A stretch of 64,000 nt of DNA, taken from NCBI RefSeq assembly GCF_006345805.1, contig NC_043017.1, positions 19,344,001 through 19,408,000 on the forward strand, read 5' to 3'. This document shows, one piece after another, positions 1 to 11,087 of the stretch. Positions within the stretch are counted from its first letter, which is position 1. Each line of letters starts with the position of its first letter. This DNA is from Octopus sinensis (lineage: Eukaryota). The notes beneath the pieces are model-generated. The model saw only the letters and a list, made by a program, of their open reading frames with translations, did not search any database and was not told the DNA's origin. A program made the translations under genes and the position numbers.

Positions 1-85
1 CGAACCGCTAAGTTACGGGGACATAAACACACCAGCATCAGTTGTCAAGTGATGTTGGGGGGGGGGGACAAACACAGTGACACAA

Positions 86-126
<41 letters not shown>

Positions 127-298
127 CATATATACGACGGGCTTCTTTCAGTTTCCGTCTACCGAATCCACTCACAAGGCTTTGGTCGGCCCGAGGCTAT
201 AGTAGAAGACATTTGCCCAAGGTGCCACACAGTGGGACTGAACCCGGAACCATGTGGTTGGTAAGCAAGCTACTTACCACACAGCCACTCTTGCGCCT
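1..298 (+). mobile_element. SINE family A, partial (runs off window start)
   Basis: Same body as 8874-9266 and 25461-25846 (gaaccgctaag...(CA)n(TA)n...ttcagtttccgtctacc...accacacagccact). Confidence 0.75.
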
Positions 299-2542
299 AT
301 ATGCTTATTTTGCTTAATGGTTAATCCAGTGCTGAACATGACAGAGTTAAACATAACACAGGCAGAATATTTTGGCTGGATATGGCTGTTTTAAAAGCTA
401 ATGAGTTAGAGTTTTTTTCTATGCATCATTGTTTTTTTTCTTCTTTTTTTTTCTGAGAGGGCAATTCCTAGTGGGGAAATACTCGTACTTGATGGTACTT
501 CAATAATAAATGAATCAATTATTTGGTTGTTGCTGTAGAACACATCTTCGTTCTTGAAAACAATTCAAAATATCATCGCTAGAATTACTTTAGTTTTCTC
601 TACAACAAATCAAAGTTGTACGTTTTTATTACCTCATGCAACCAAGGTTGTGTTTGTTCAGTGACAAGTGGCCCTGGTCGTAAGAGACAGATGTGAAACT
701 TCATCTTTAAACACAGGAAGAAACATTTCAAGTGGAGACAATCATTTGCTGCCTCACTTCAATAACTTATCATCTGTTTATATAGAAACTGCCACTCTGC
801 ACACAAATAACCTGTATATTAAGGGCTTAAATCACAGTTCAAATGGCCTTGTGGAGGTGTTTTCTATATTTCTTTATTATTTGTTCATTGTTTTCATTTC
901 AAGTGACTTATAGCTTTCTCTTTCTTTTTTTTATTTTTTTCTTTATTTTTCTTTTTTTTTTCTTTCTTTTTTTCACCTTCTGCTAGGCTTCTCTTAAATT
1001 ATTTTTCATTTTATTATTAGCATTATAGTGTTTTCCTCAACCCCCCTCACTCTCTCTACCACTATCTCTGACTCTGTCTGTCTCTCTGTCTCTCCACCCA
1101 TCCCCTAAAACAGTAATGATCTATTATGTGGCTGAAAATATCTGTTAAACGATATTTTGATGAAGAGCTTATCATCGTTTGCTGTTAATTTTCCTGCAAC
1201 TATTTATCATATAAGAACAGCTCATGTCTTTCCCAGCTGAACCAACACATTTATGCATACTGATATGTTCCATCATTATCGTTGTTGCTGTTGTTATTGT
1301 TGTTGTTTAGCCCTGGGTCAGTCATTATTGAGCATACCTGTAATCAAAGCTGTCATCATTTTGACTCTGTTTTCAGGTTGTCTACCCAGGACCACATTGT
1401 CTAATGTGTAATTTGTTATGTATTGTCATTGTTTAGCCCGGACCCTAATTCTATGTTCACCTGCGACCAAAGTCATTCCAATCGTGCCCATCCTGCCTTT
1501 TCAAGGCTATACTGGACCATGCCATCCAATGTGCCCATTTCTTTTCAAAAACGATAGGATTTAGGGGAAAAAATGAGAATGTCCCCTCAGAAAACTAAAA
1601 TTAAAAAAGGTTGTTTTCAATCTTTAAAATAAAACCAAAAACTTTTAATCCAGCAATCTTTTATCATTTACTTGTTTCATTCATGAGACTGTGGCCATGC
1701 TGGGGCTCCACCTCGAAAAATTTCTCGTCTAATAAATCAACCCCAGTACTTATTTTTTTAAAGCCTGGGACTTATTCCACCAGCCCGCTTTTGCTGAACC
1801 ACTAAGTTACAGAGATATGAGCATACCAGCACCATCCTGCTCCATACACATCCCCCGTTCTGTCCCCACACCCTTCTGCTCACCTTGAACCCATCATCAC
1901 CACTATTTTTTTTACCTCTTTTCACTTCTGCCCCAGTTACTTCCATTCTCTCTCTTCTGTAATCTGTGTCACCATGTAGCTCTTCCACAGCAATAACCCT
2001 GTTCTGTTTTGACTCCTCCTCACCTAATTTATGTTATGGGATGAAGGGGCCAGAACAAAACATGAGTTGGAGGTAGGCAGGGGAGAGTAGGAGATGACTG
2101 ACCATGCAGCCGATAAAAGTGAAGAGTATCAGAATAGTAATAATGAATGATACGGTAGACAGGGGAAAGATGTGAGAGGGGGAGAGAGAGAAATGTGGTG
2201 GGGGAGGACAAACACACACACACACACATGATGGGCTTCTTTCAGTTTCTGTCTACCAAATCCACTCATGAGGCTTTGGTCAGTCTGATGCTATAGTAGA
2301 AAACACTAGCCTCAGGTAACAGACAGTCACTGAGACTGAACCCAGAACCATTTGGTTGTGAAACAAGCCTCTTACCACACAGCAATGCCTTAAAACTCAT
2401 TCCTGAAACTTTTTCAAATGTTGACCTTCATATTCTTTTTTATGAAGTGTTGTGGTGATCTCAGCCATATATATATATATATATATATATGAAAAAACAA
2501 GTCAAGATAGAAAATGCTAAAATAATTTTATAAAGAACATTT

Positions 2543-2579
2543 CAGTACCGGTTTCAGTCATTTGAGACCTTTTCAACTG
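2543..2579 (-). ncRNA. Minimal type-I hammerhead-ribozyme-like motif (U3-A8 variant)
   Basis: Minus strand reads cag-UUGAAAA-ggtc tcaaat gact-GAAA-ccgg-U-A-ctg: stem I cag/ctg, 4-bp stem II, palindromic ACCGGU in place of helix III. Confidence 0.55.
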
Positions 2580-2740
2580 TAACGATTAAATAATTAAATT
2601 TAGAAAAATTAAAAGAAAAGTTTTTTTTTAAAAGAATATTTGTATAGTGTTCAAATATAAGTGGCATTTTCCTTGTTTCTGCCTTTCTCTGTTTCTCTTA
2701 TTTACACTTGAGAATGATGTGGATGTGGAGGTATATATAT

Positions 2741-2954
2741 ATATAACGGGAAGGTTTATGAAAATAAACAAAAGACGAAGGCAGGTGGAGTACAAACAAA
2801 CAATTGTATTAGTATGGCGCTCAGGAATATAAATAAAACAAGTCTTTTACGTTTCGAGCCTACGCTCTTCAACAGAAAGATACACAGAAAAGAAACACAG
2901 AGAGAAACAAGGAGAGAAAAAAAATGTGTGCAGAAGCTAGCGATTCAACATGGC
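2741..2954 (-). mobile_element. ~210-bp non-autonomous element carrying a hammerhead-like motif
   Basis: 13-bp direct repeat gaggtatatatat at 2728-2740 and 2955-2967 (TSD); second copy in opposite orientation at 60103-60290. Confidence 0.65.
2843..2880 (-). ncRNA. Minimal hammerhead-like motif (A6->U variant)
   Basis: Minus strand: tcttt-CUGUUGA-a-gagc gtag gctc-GAAA-cg-U-A-aaaga; 5-bp stem I, 4-bp stem II, palindromic ACGU. Confidence 0.5.
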
Positions 2955-3722
2955 GAGGTATATATATGTACCTCCACATCATTCTCTAATTAGCTCTCAT
3001 TCTCCCATACTCTCTTGCAACTGCTATCTCCAATCTCCCCACCATCACCATCCCGCTCCATACACATTCCCTGTTCTGTCATCACTCCCTTCTGCTCACC
3101 TTGAACCCTAGGGCTCCATCCTGATCCCTCATCACCACTATTTCTTTTTACCTCTTTTCACCCCTGCCCCAGTTACTTCCATTCCCTCTCTCTTCTGTAA
3201 TCTGTGTCACCATGTAGCTCTTCCACAGCAATAACCCTGTTCTGTTTTGACTCCTTCTCACCTAACTATTCACACACACAAATACACACTAACATGCATG
3301 TATGAATATAAATGTAGATATTATCATCATTAACATTTAATGCTTGTGTTCCATGCTAGCATAGGCTGGACAGTTTGACAGGATCTGACTGGTCCAAAGT
3401 CTGCATTGTGCTCCTATATCTGGCATAGATTCTGCAGTTGGATGCCCTTCCTAATGCCAACAACATTACAAAGTGTATGGGGTGCTTTTTTTCATGGCAC
3501 CAGCACTTGTGAGGTCACTATACAGCGATGAAAGCTAAAATATCCTTTGACTGAGTGGGGTTACAAGTTTTCTATTGGGTTTTAAGTCGAGGGAACAGGC
3601 AGGCCACTTCGTCTTCCGAGGTCTACAGAAGCTTAATTGTTGCAGACTTCTGTAGTTTTCTTTGCTGAGTGCAAGGGCTCATTATTGTGCATGAATATTA
3701 TGGTTGTCTTGAAGGTGAATGG

Positions 3723-4237
3723 TATGGGATGAAGGGGCCAAAACAAAACAGGTTTCTTACTGTAAAGGAGCTACATAGCTACACATTATAAAAGAGAGAG
3801 TGAGAGTGACCAGGATGAAGCTAGAAAGAGTTAAATAGTGGTAAAGAGGTGTTTAGGTGGACCCTCAAGATTTGGAGTGAGGGGGATACAGGAGAACAGG
3901 GAATGTTGATGGGTAGAGGTTGTGGGAGTATATGGGAGAATGAGAGATGTTTAGAAGGGGTTGAGGGGTGAATATAATAAATGATGAACAAGTATAGGGA
4001 AGGTTGGGAAGAGTAGATGACAACTGTAGAGATCAGGCTGGGTTGAAGGGTCGATGCAGTGAGTGGTGGACTGGGGTTTGGGGTGGCCTGTTATACATAC
4101 CAGTTGGAGGTAGGTAGGCAGGGGAGAGTAGGAGATGACTGACCAAAAGTGAAGAGTATCAGAATAGTAATAATGATATGGTGGGAGAGAGAGAGAGAGA
4201 GAGAAATGTGTGTGGTTGGGTAGGTTGGAGGAGTGGG

Positions 4238-4272
<35 letters not shown>

Positions 4273-6150
4273 TACACATATATACACATATACATACACA
4301 CACACACACATTTATAAGATATGATTACACACACACATATATATATACACATGCATACATTTGTGTGTGTGTGTGTGTGTGTGTGTGTTTTTAATAGAAA
4401 TAGAAAAAAACTTGGCACAGTTGTGTATATTTGAAAAGGTGAAGAAGAGTGATTTTTCTGTTGATTATTTCCTACTTAATGAGTTGGTGTTGACAAATTA
4501 TCAGATGTTTAAACAATTTGTAAACACCAAATCAATAAAGTGAAAAATAATTATAAGGAAAATCATTCTTCATTTTTAAAAAAATATCCTCCTCCTCCTC
4601 CTCATCATCATCATCTACTAACATCTAACATCTCTTTTTCCATACTGGCATGGGTTTCATAGTCCAAAACAGGCAGACAAGCCAGAGGGTTTCATTGACT
4701 ACTTCCAGTCTCTGAGGTTTTGTAAAACAACACAGAAACTATGGCCAATTGTCACCATTTCAAATTATTAGCGAGGTCTAATTAAAACTCATGTAAACTA
4801 GAAAATATCAATTTAATTGCTTGATGTACACAAAATGAAGACATACAGTCACAATCATGGAAGAAATTGAAATAAACAGCGTTTAAAAATAATTGGTGAG
4901 CTGGTTGATAAGGGGTATATGAGCCTTAGTTTTTGAAAAGGGTTACAGTAGAATGGCAGGTGGCTTTATGTTATGGGATGAAGTGGCCACAACAAAACAG
5001 GTTTCTTACTGAAAAGGAGCTACATAGCTACACACATTATAAAAGAGAGAGTGAGAGTGACCAGGATGAAGCTAGAAAGAGTTAAATAGTGGTAAAGAGG
5101 TGTTTAGGTGGACCCTCAAGATTTGGAGTGAGAGGGGTACAGGAGAACAGGGAATGTGGATGGGTAGAGGTTGTGGGAGTATATGGGAGAATGAGAGATG
5201 TTTAGAAGGGGTTGAGGGGTGAATATAATAAATGATGAACAAGTGTAGGGAAGGTTGGGAAGAGTAGATGACAACTGTAGAGATCAGGCTGGGTTGAAGG
5301 GTCGATGCAGTGAGTGGTGGACTGGAGGTTTGGGGTGGCTTGTTATACATACCAGTTGGAGGTAGGCAGGCAGGGGAGAGTAGGAGATGACTGACCATGC
5401 AGCCAATAAAAGTGAAGAGTATCAGAATAGTAATAATGATATGGTGGGAGAGAGAGAGAAATGTGTGTGGTTGGGTAGGTTGGAGGAGTGGGATATATCA
5501 ACGTCTGCTTTTCATACTAGCATGGGTTACACACACACACACACACATTTATAAGATATGATTACACATGCACATATATATATACACATGCATACGTTTG
5601 TGTGTGTGTGTTTTTAATAGAAATAGAAAAAACCTTGGCACAGTTGTGTATATTTGAAAAGGTGAAGAAGAGTGATTTTTCTGTTGATTATTTCCTACTT
5701 TAATGACTTGGTGTTGACAAATTATCAGATGTTTAAACAATTTGTAAACACCAAATCAATAAAGTGAAAAATAAGTATAAGGAAAATCATTCTTCATATT
5801 TTAAAAAATATCCTCCTCCTCCTCATCATCTACTAACATCTAACATCCCCTTTTACATACTGGCATGGGTTTCATAGTCCAAAACAGACAGACGAGCCAG
5901 AGGGTTTCATTGACTACTTCCAATCTCTGAGGTTTTGTAAAACAACACAGAAACTATGGCCAATTGTCACCGTTTCAAATTATTAGCGAGGTCTAATTAA
6001 AACTCATGTAAACAAGAAAATATCAATTTAATTGCTTGATGTACACGAAATGAAGACATACAGTCACAATCATGGAAGAAATTGAAATAAACAGCGTTAA
6101 AAAAAAATTGGTGAGCTGGTTGATAAGGGGTATATGTGCCTTAGTTTTAG
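3723..6150. repeat. Tandem segmental duplication, ~1.2-kb unit (~3723-4935 and ~4972-6150)
   Basis: Colinear sequence from tatgggatgaag...acaaaacaggtttcttac to ggggtatatg.gccttagttt, with scattered substitutions and microsatellite length differences. Confidence 0.85.
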
Positions 6151-6900
6151 AAATAAGTTGGAACATGCTAATTTCTGGATCTCCTCTGATGGTATACCAC
6201 GTAATACATCCACAACTGCCTGCCACAATTCATCCTTGCTCCTAAATTGGCATCTATTCTCATAAAATCATTGTTTAGAATACTCCACAAGTTTTCTCTT
6301 GGGTTTTAAGTCGAGGGAACAGGCAGGCCACTTCATCTCCTGAAGTCTACAGAAGCTTAACTGTTGCAGATTTCTGTAGTTTTCTTTGCTGAGTGTGATG
6401 GCTTCATTATTTTGCATGAATATTATGGTTGTCTTGAAGGTGATACTTAGCATTTTTAATTGTGTGAAAAAGGATTTTTACTGGTTATGAAAACTAAAAT
6501 AATAAACAAACTTCAGTTTGAAGGAAATGTAGTGAAAGACATGAATGGATCAGGTTTCACTTACTGTATATTTTACGAGAGTTCAACTACCATAAAGAGG
6601 AAGATGAATCTAGATTCCATAATATGGACACTAGTACTGTTAAAGGACAAAATTCTGCAAGCTGGATTTATTGATTAAATAAACTCTTTGCAGCAATGAT
6701 TGGAATGTCGTGTAAAGAACTTGTCAAAGAAGAGTTAAAGTTGCTCAGAATAACTTGTCGATCATGTGATCTCTGTGAGCAAATTTACTTTGGTGGATGA
6801 TTTACCTGCTTATTTTAATTATTATATGTTTCTTTTTTTATTATTAAAATAATAATAATTTTGGAAGAATACATTTCCAATGCTAAGTATGTTCAAAATA
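6130..6900 (-). pseudogene. Degenerate Tc1-family transposase remnant (boundaries approximate)
   Basis: ORF 6268-6453 contains FMQNNEA...WPACSLDLKP, matching Tc1 FQQDNAP and WPSxSPDLNPIE; a partial copy lies at ~3569-3719. Confidence 0.65.
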
Positions 6901-7046
6901 ATTTTAAAAGAAACCTAAAGTTGTAGATCACATGCCAAAGGAGCACCATGTAATGTATACTTTGTTGCACAATGTAATGTACTTTGTTGCATAACCACTC
7001 CATTTCATCAGGTGATATTCAGCCAACCTTATTACCTCTATTGCAG

Positions 7047-7271
7047 GAGCCTGGTCTCTCTGTCAGTTTCTATTGACTGAAGTGCTTGCCTTGGACTTGG
7101 GATCCTCTTACCATCTTGTCTGTATCACTGTGATCCGATACATTGCTGTTGTTCACCCATTAAAATACCACAACTATGTCAACGAGAAACGGATCCTGGT
7201 CTGCATTGTTTTCATATGGCTCTCCACTCAGACAACAATAATTCTCTTGTATACAATATACATACCAGAAG
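7047..7271 (+). CDS. Class A (rhodopsin-like) GPCR, exon encoding TM3-TM4
   Basis: ttgcag| acceptor, |gtaagt donor, phase 1-1; AWSLCQFLLTEVLALDLGSSYHLVCITVIRYIAVVHPLKY...IVFIWL has the TM3 Cys, a DRY-equivalent IRY, the HPLKY loop and the TM4 Trp. TM1-2 exons were not found in the window. Confidence 0.9.
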
Positions 7272-8313
7272 GTAAGTAAACATCTCTGCTCTTTCTCTTT
7301 CATAACCTGTTTTCCAGGTGGGAATGGTGCTGGTTGTTGTTTAGCCCCAGGTCAACCCAAATCAGGCAGAGCTATGATTTAAGACATTCCAGCCATGTGA
7401 GGGGGATCTTGGACCCTACTGTCTAATGCATCTTTTCCTTATTTTGGATAGTAGGGTGTGATTTGAGGAAAATTTAGCTGCTGTTTTAGCAGATCAAAGA
7501 GACTGTGCTGAAGCTCTGTCATTAGCTCATAATAGTTGATAGTGGTGGTGATAATGATGATAGTGATGATGATTATGACAATAATAGTGATAGTGTTGTT
7601 GTCAGTGGTTTTAAGCCCCAGGTCAGCTTGTCTGAGGAGAACTATGATAAAGGACATTCCATTTGTGACCATCCAATCCTTTTAGTACATCCAGGACAAC
7701 ATTGGAAAAAAATGTGTTCATTTTTCAAATAAAATAAGGTTCCATGTACTGATGTTTGTTACGTAGCTGTATGTTTTGTGTTTAAATCCAACCCAGTTCA
7801 ATTTGCTTTCATCTTCTATATATATATATATATAGAATAAGAAACGACGCGAGGCGTTCAGTCATATAATAACAATTTAATAAATAAAACATATGCATAC
7901 ATACATACATATATGTACATACCCACATCTCTATATATATATATGTGCATTGAGTCGAACCTGGGGCAGCTGATGAAGGGGAATATTCCTTGTATTGTTT
8001 GTCTTGTACTCTGTTTTTTCATTGTAAAAAAAAGTCTGTTTCCTTGTTTGATTTTATGTTTTTATTTATCGTTGTGTTCTACATTTATTTGTGGTGTCCT
8101 GTACTCATATATATATATATATATATCTGCATGTATATATACATGTAGATGTGGGTATGTACATATATGTATGTATGTAAGCATATGTTTTATTTATTAA
8201 ATTATATTATATGTATATGCATGTATTTTGGCAAATAAATTTTTGAAGATGATTAGTTCACAGAATGGATTAATTCAAATTAACATGAAAATATAATTCG
8301 TTTTATTTTTCAG

Positions 8314-8453
8314 GAGAATACGTAGGAGCATGTCGGTATGAGAACATATTCCGGTTTGCACATACCAATATACTGTTTATCATTCAACTATTCTTGCCAG
8401 TGACCATAATGACGTGCTTATACATTCCTCTGATACGAATTGCCCGGAAACAG
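8314..8453 (+). CDS. GPCR exon: ECL2-TM5
   Basis: ttttcag| acceptor, |gtaaat donor; in frame with the previous exon: GEYVGACRYENIFRFAHTNILFIIQLFLPVTIMTCLYIPLIRIARKQ (ECL2 Cys, TM5 Pro and Tyr). Confidence 0.9.
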
Positions 8454-8650
8454 GTAAATATGTCAGCGATGATATTATATGTCAAATCAATGTTGTTGCA
8501 ATAAATCTTGGTGTTTGTTATCTGAAGAGGAATCACAATGGTATCATCATTATTTTAATGTCCATTTTCCCAGGCTTATATATGGAATTTCATCACACAC
8601 AGTATATCAGGACAGTTTATAGGGTCAGCCTCCAGCCTTGAGGTGGTGTA

Positions 8651-8867
8651 CAAGGAGGTGCTGAAAAGTTTCTGGCTTTGGTAAAAAGAAAATACAGGAG
8701 AATCGGTTAATTACAATTTTATTCAACGTATTCCCATCTCAGATTCACACACTTATTGCAGCGGTCCTTCAGTTTTTCTAAGCCCTGTAAAAGAGCTCGG
8801 AAGGCTGAACCTCGAGCCAGGCCTTTTGCAATACCCTTAAAGCCAGAAACTTTTCAGCATCCCTTCA
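8651..8867 (-). mobile_element. mariner-derived MITE
   Basis: TA-flanked TIRs (gctgaaaagtttctggcttt / aaagccagaaacttttcagc); retains mariner C-terminal coding LQGLEKLKDRCNKCVNLRWEYVE*. Confidence 0.75.
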
Positions 8868-8873
8868 TATATA

Positions 8874-9060
8874 CTCTTTTACTTGTTTCAGTCATTTGAC
8901 TGCAACCATGCTGGAGCACCGCCTTTAGTCGAGCAAATCGACCCCGGGACTTATTCTTTGTAAGCCCAGTACTTATTCTATCGGTCTCTTTTGCCGAACT
9001 GCTAAGTGACGGGGACGTAAACACACCAGGATCGGTTGTCAAGCAATGCTAGGGGAACAA

Positions 9061-9093
<33 letters not shown>

Positions 9094-9266
9094 CATATAT
9101 ACGACAGGCTTCTTTCAGTTTCCATCTACCAAATCCACTCACAAGGCATTGGTCGGCCCGGGGCTATAGCAGAAGACACTTGCCCAAGATGCCATGCAGT
9201 GGGACTAAACCCGGAACCATGTGGTTGGTTAGCAAACTACTTACCACACAGCCACTCCTGCGCCTA
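8874..9266 (+). mobile_element. SINE family A, full length
   Basis: ctcttttacttgtttcagtcatttgactgc...accacacagccactcctgcgcc; multiple near-identical copies in the window. Confidence 0.8.
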
Positions 9267-9268
9267 TA

Positions 9269-9474
9269 CGAGGGGGTACTGAAGAAAGATCCTCGTTTTG
9301 GTAAAAGAAAATATAGGAGGATCGGTTAATTTTGTTTTTACTCATTATATTGACACACTTATTGTGACACTCCTTCAGTTTTTCTAAGCCCTGAAAAAAA
9401 AAATTAGGAAGTTTAGACCTCCAATCAGGCCTTTTGTGATAATCTTGTAGTCGGAATTTTTCAGCAACTCCTTG
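9269..9474 (-). mobile_element. mariner-derived MITE, second copy
   Basis: Homologous to 8651-8867; TA-flanked; FFQGLEKLKECHNKCVN remnant. Confidence 0.7.
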
Positions 9475-9656
9475 TATACGGGTGGTGAGGGAGGTAGAGT
9501 GTTTCCTGGAACTATTCGAGAAAACACTCAATCCATGCCAGCATGGAAAACAGATGTTAAATGATGATGGTGATTAGTGAAAGTGCTTGGAAGTACCACC
9601 AATGTAAACCCTGGTGGAGTTGGTCTGAGGGGTGACAGTACATTTATACACAATCT

Positions 9657-9687
<31 letters not shown>

Positions 9688-10577
9688 GGAAGTAGATCAC
9701 TCTGTCTATTTCCTGTTGCTGTGAATTACTCATTATAATCTTTCACAATGAGGTCTCCCTTTGAAATCATTTCTCTGATGTAATTTCCACGTGCAAGCAT
9801 AAGTTTTACATAACCTTCTCTCATTACCTAAAATCTTTATGATTCAATTGTAAAAACTGGCTGTCCACTAATTTTTAGTTTTAATTCTTGCCCTTAACAA
9901 CTAAAATAGCTATTCATGGTTGAGTTTCATTTTATGTAAGCCTCATCATGGCACACCAGTGATGAGGCTTTGTAGTTGTAGGCTGGCGATTCAGTTTGTC
10001 CCCAGTCTGATTCAGGCATGTGATGTTGATAAGCCACAAAAATGGTGAAGGCGGCAAGATAGCAGAAACGTTAGCACGCCGGGCAAATGCTTGTAAATAT
10101 ACTCAACCCTACTTGTGTATATCTGCCTTTACACATCTGTGTTGTGTGTTTATATCTATCTATCTATCTATATATATATATATATATAATACAAGAAGAT
10201 TTTATCACAAATCACACAGTTGTTTCTGTGCATTAATAAAAGCTGTTAGTTGCTGAGTTTCCCATATTATACATATTATTATATATGATCAGCTATAGCT
10301 TTGAAATACACATTATAAGGAAATTACCTACATGATATTACACACACACATTGATGTTTATTGATTGATGTAAATATCAATGAGAAAAATCCGACAAACC
10401 TGTGAATTCAAACAAAAATACCTTGTGATGCTTGTTCCGCCCAGATTGTACAGATGCTTCTTTGAGTGGACAGTGATTGGTTCATTATGACCAATAACCA
10501 ATGCCCAAGGTACCATGCAGTGAAACTGAACATGAAACCATGTGGTTGTAAATCTTATATTTTATTTATTTTGATAG

Positions 10578-10756
10578 GCCAAAGTGATTGCTATTCAGGA
10601 ATGTTCTGTGACTCGGTCAGCAATAACTAGCCAAGAGAGAAAGTCAACTTATATGGTTACATCGCTTCTTGGTTGCTTTGCCATCTTTTGGACCCCTACA
10701 GTCATTTATTTTTATGCCAGTATTGCTTTAAAAGGAAACATTAACCATTATATCAG
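10578..10756 (+). CDS. GPCR exon: ICL3-TM6-ECL3
   Basis: ttgatag| acceptor, |gtaagt donor, phase 0-2: AKVIAIQECSVTRSAITSQERKSTYMVTSLLGCFAIFWTPTVIYFYASIALKGNINHYI (FxxxWxP motif). Confidence 0.9.
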
Positions 10757-11066
10757 GTAAGTTCTTCAAGAAATTAATAATAATTATAATAAAGATTATC
10801 ATTTATGCAAGTATTGCTTTAAATGGAAATATTAACCACAATATCAGGTAAGTTCTTCAAGAAATTAATAATAATAATAATAATAAAAATTATCATTTAT
10901 GCAAGTATTGCTTTAAATGGAAATATTAACCACAATATCAGGTAAGTTCTTCAAGAAATTAATAATAATAATAATAATAAAGATTATCATTTATGCAAGT
11001 ATTGCTTTAAAAGGAAATATTAACCACTATATCAGGTAAGTTCTTCAAGAAGTTAATAATAATAAA
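10710..11066 (+). repeat. Four tandem 91-94-bp copies of the exon end plus splice donor
   Basis: tttatgc.agtattgctttaaa.ggaaa.attaacca..atatcag|gtaagttcttcaagaa repeated, with donors at 10757, 10848, 10942 and 11036. Confidence 0.9.
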
Positions 11067-11087
11067 AATTTCTAATATAGACCCAAA

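Noticed and set aside
7012-7022. Upstream AG acceptor at 7010-7011 for the GPCR exon
   Set aside because: It introduces an in-frame TGA at 7013.
7970-7995. CUGAUGA followed by a stem in a TA-flanked element
   Set aside because: No GAAA or stem I partner downstream; at most a truncated motif.
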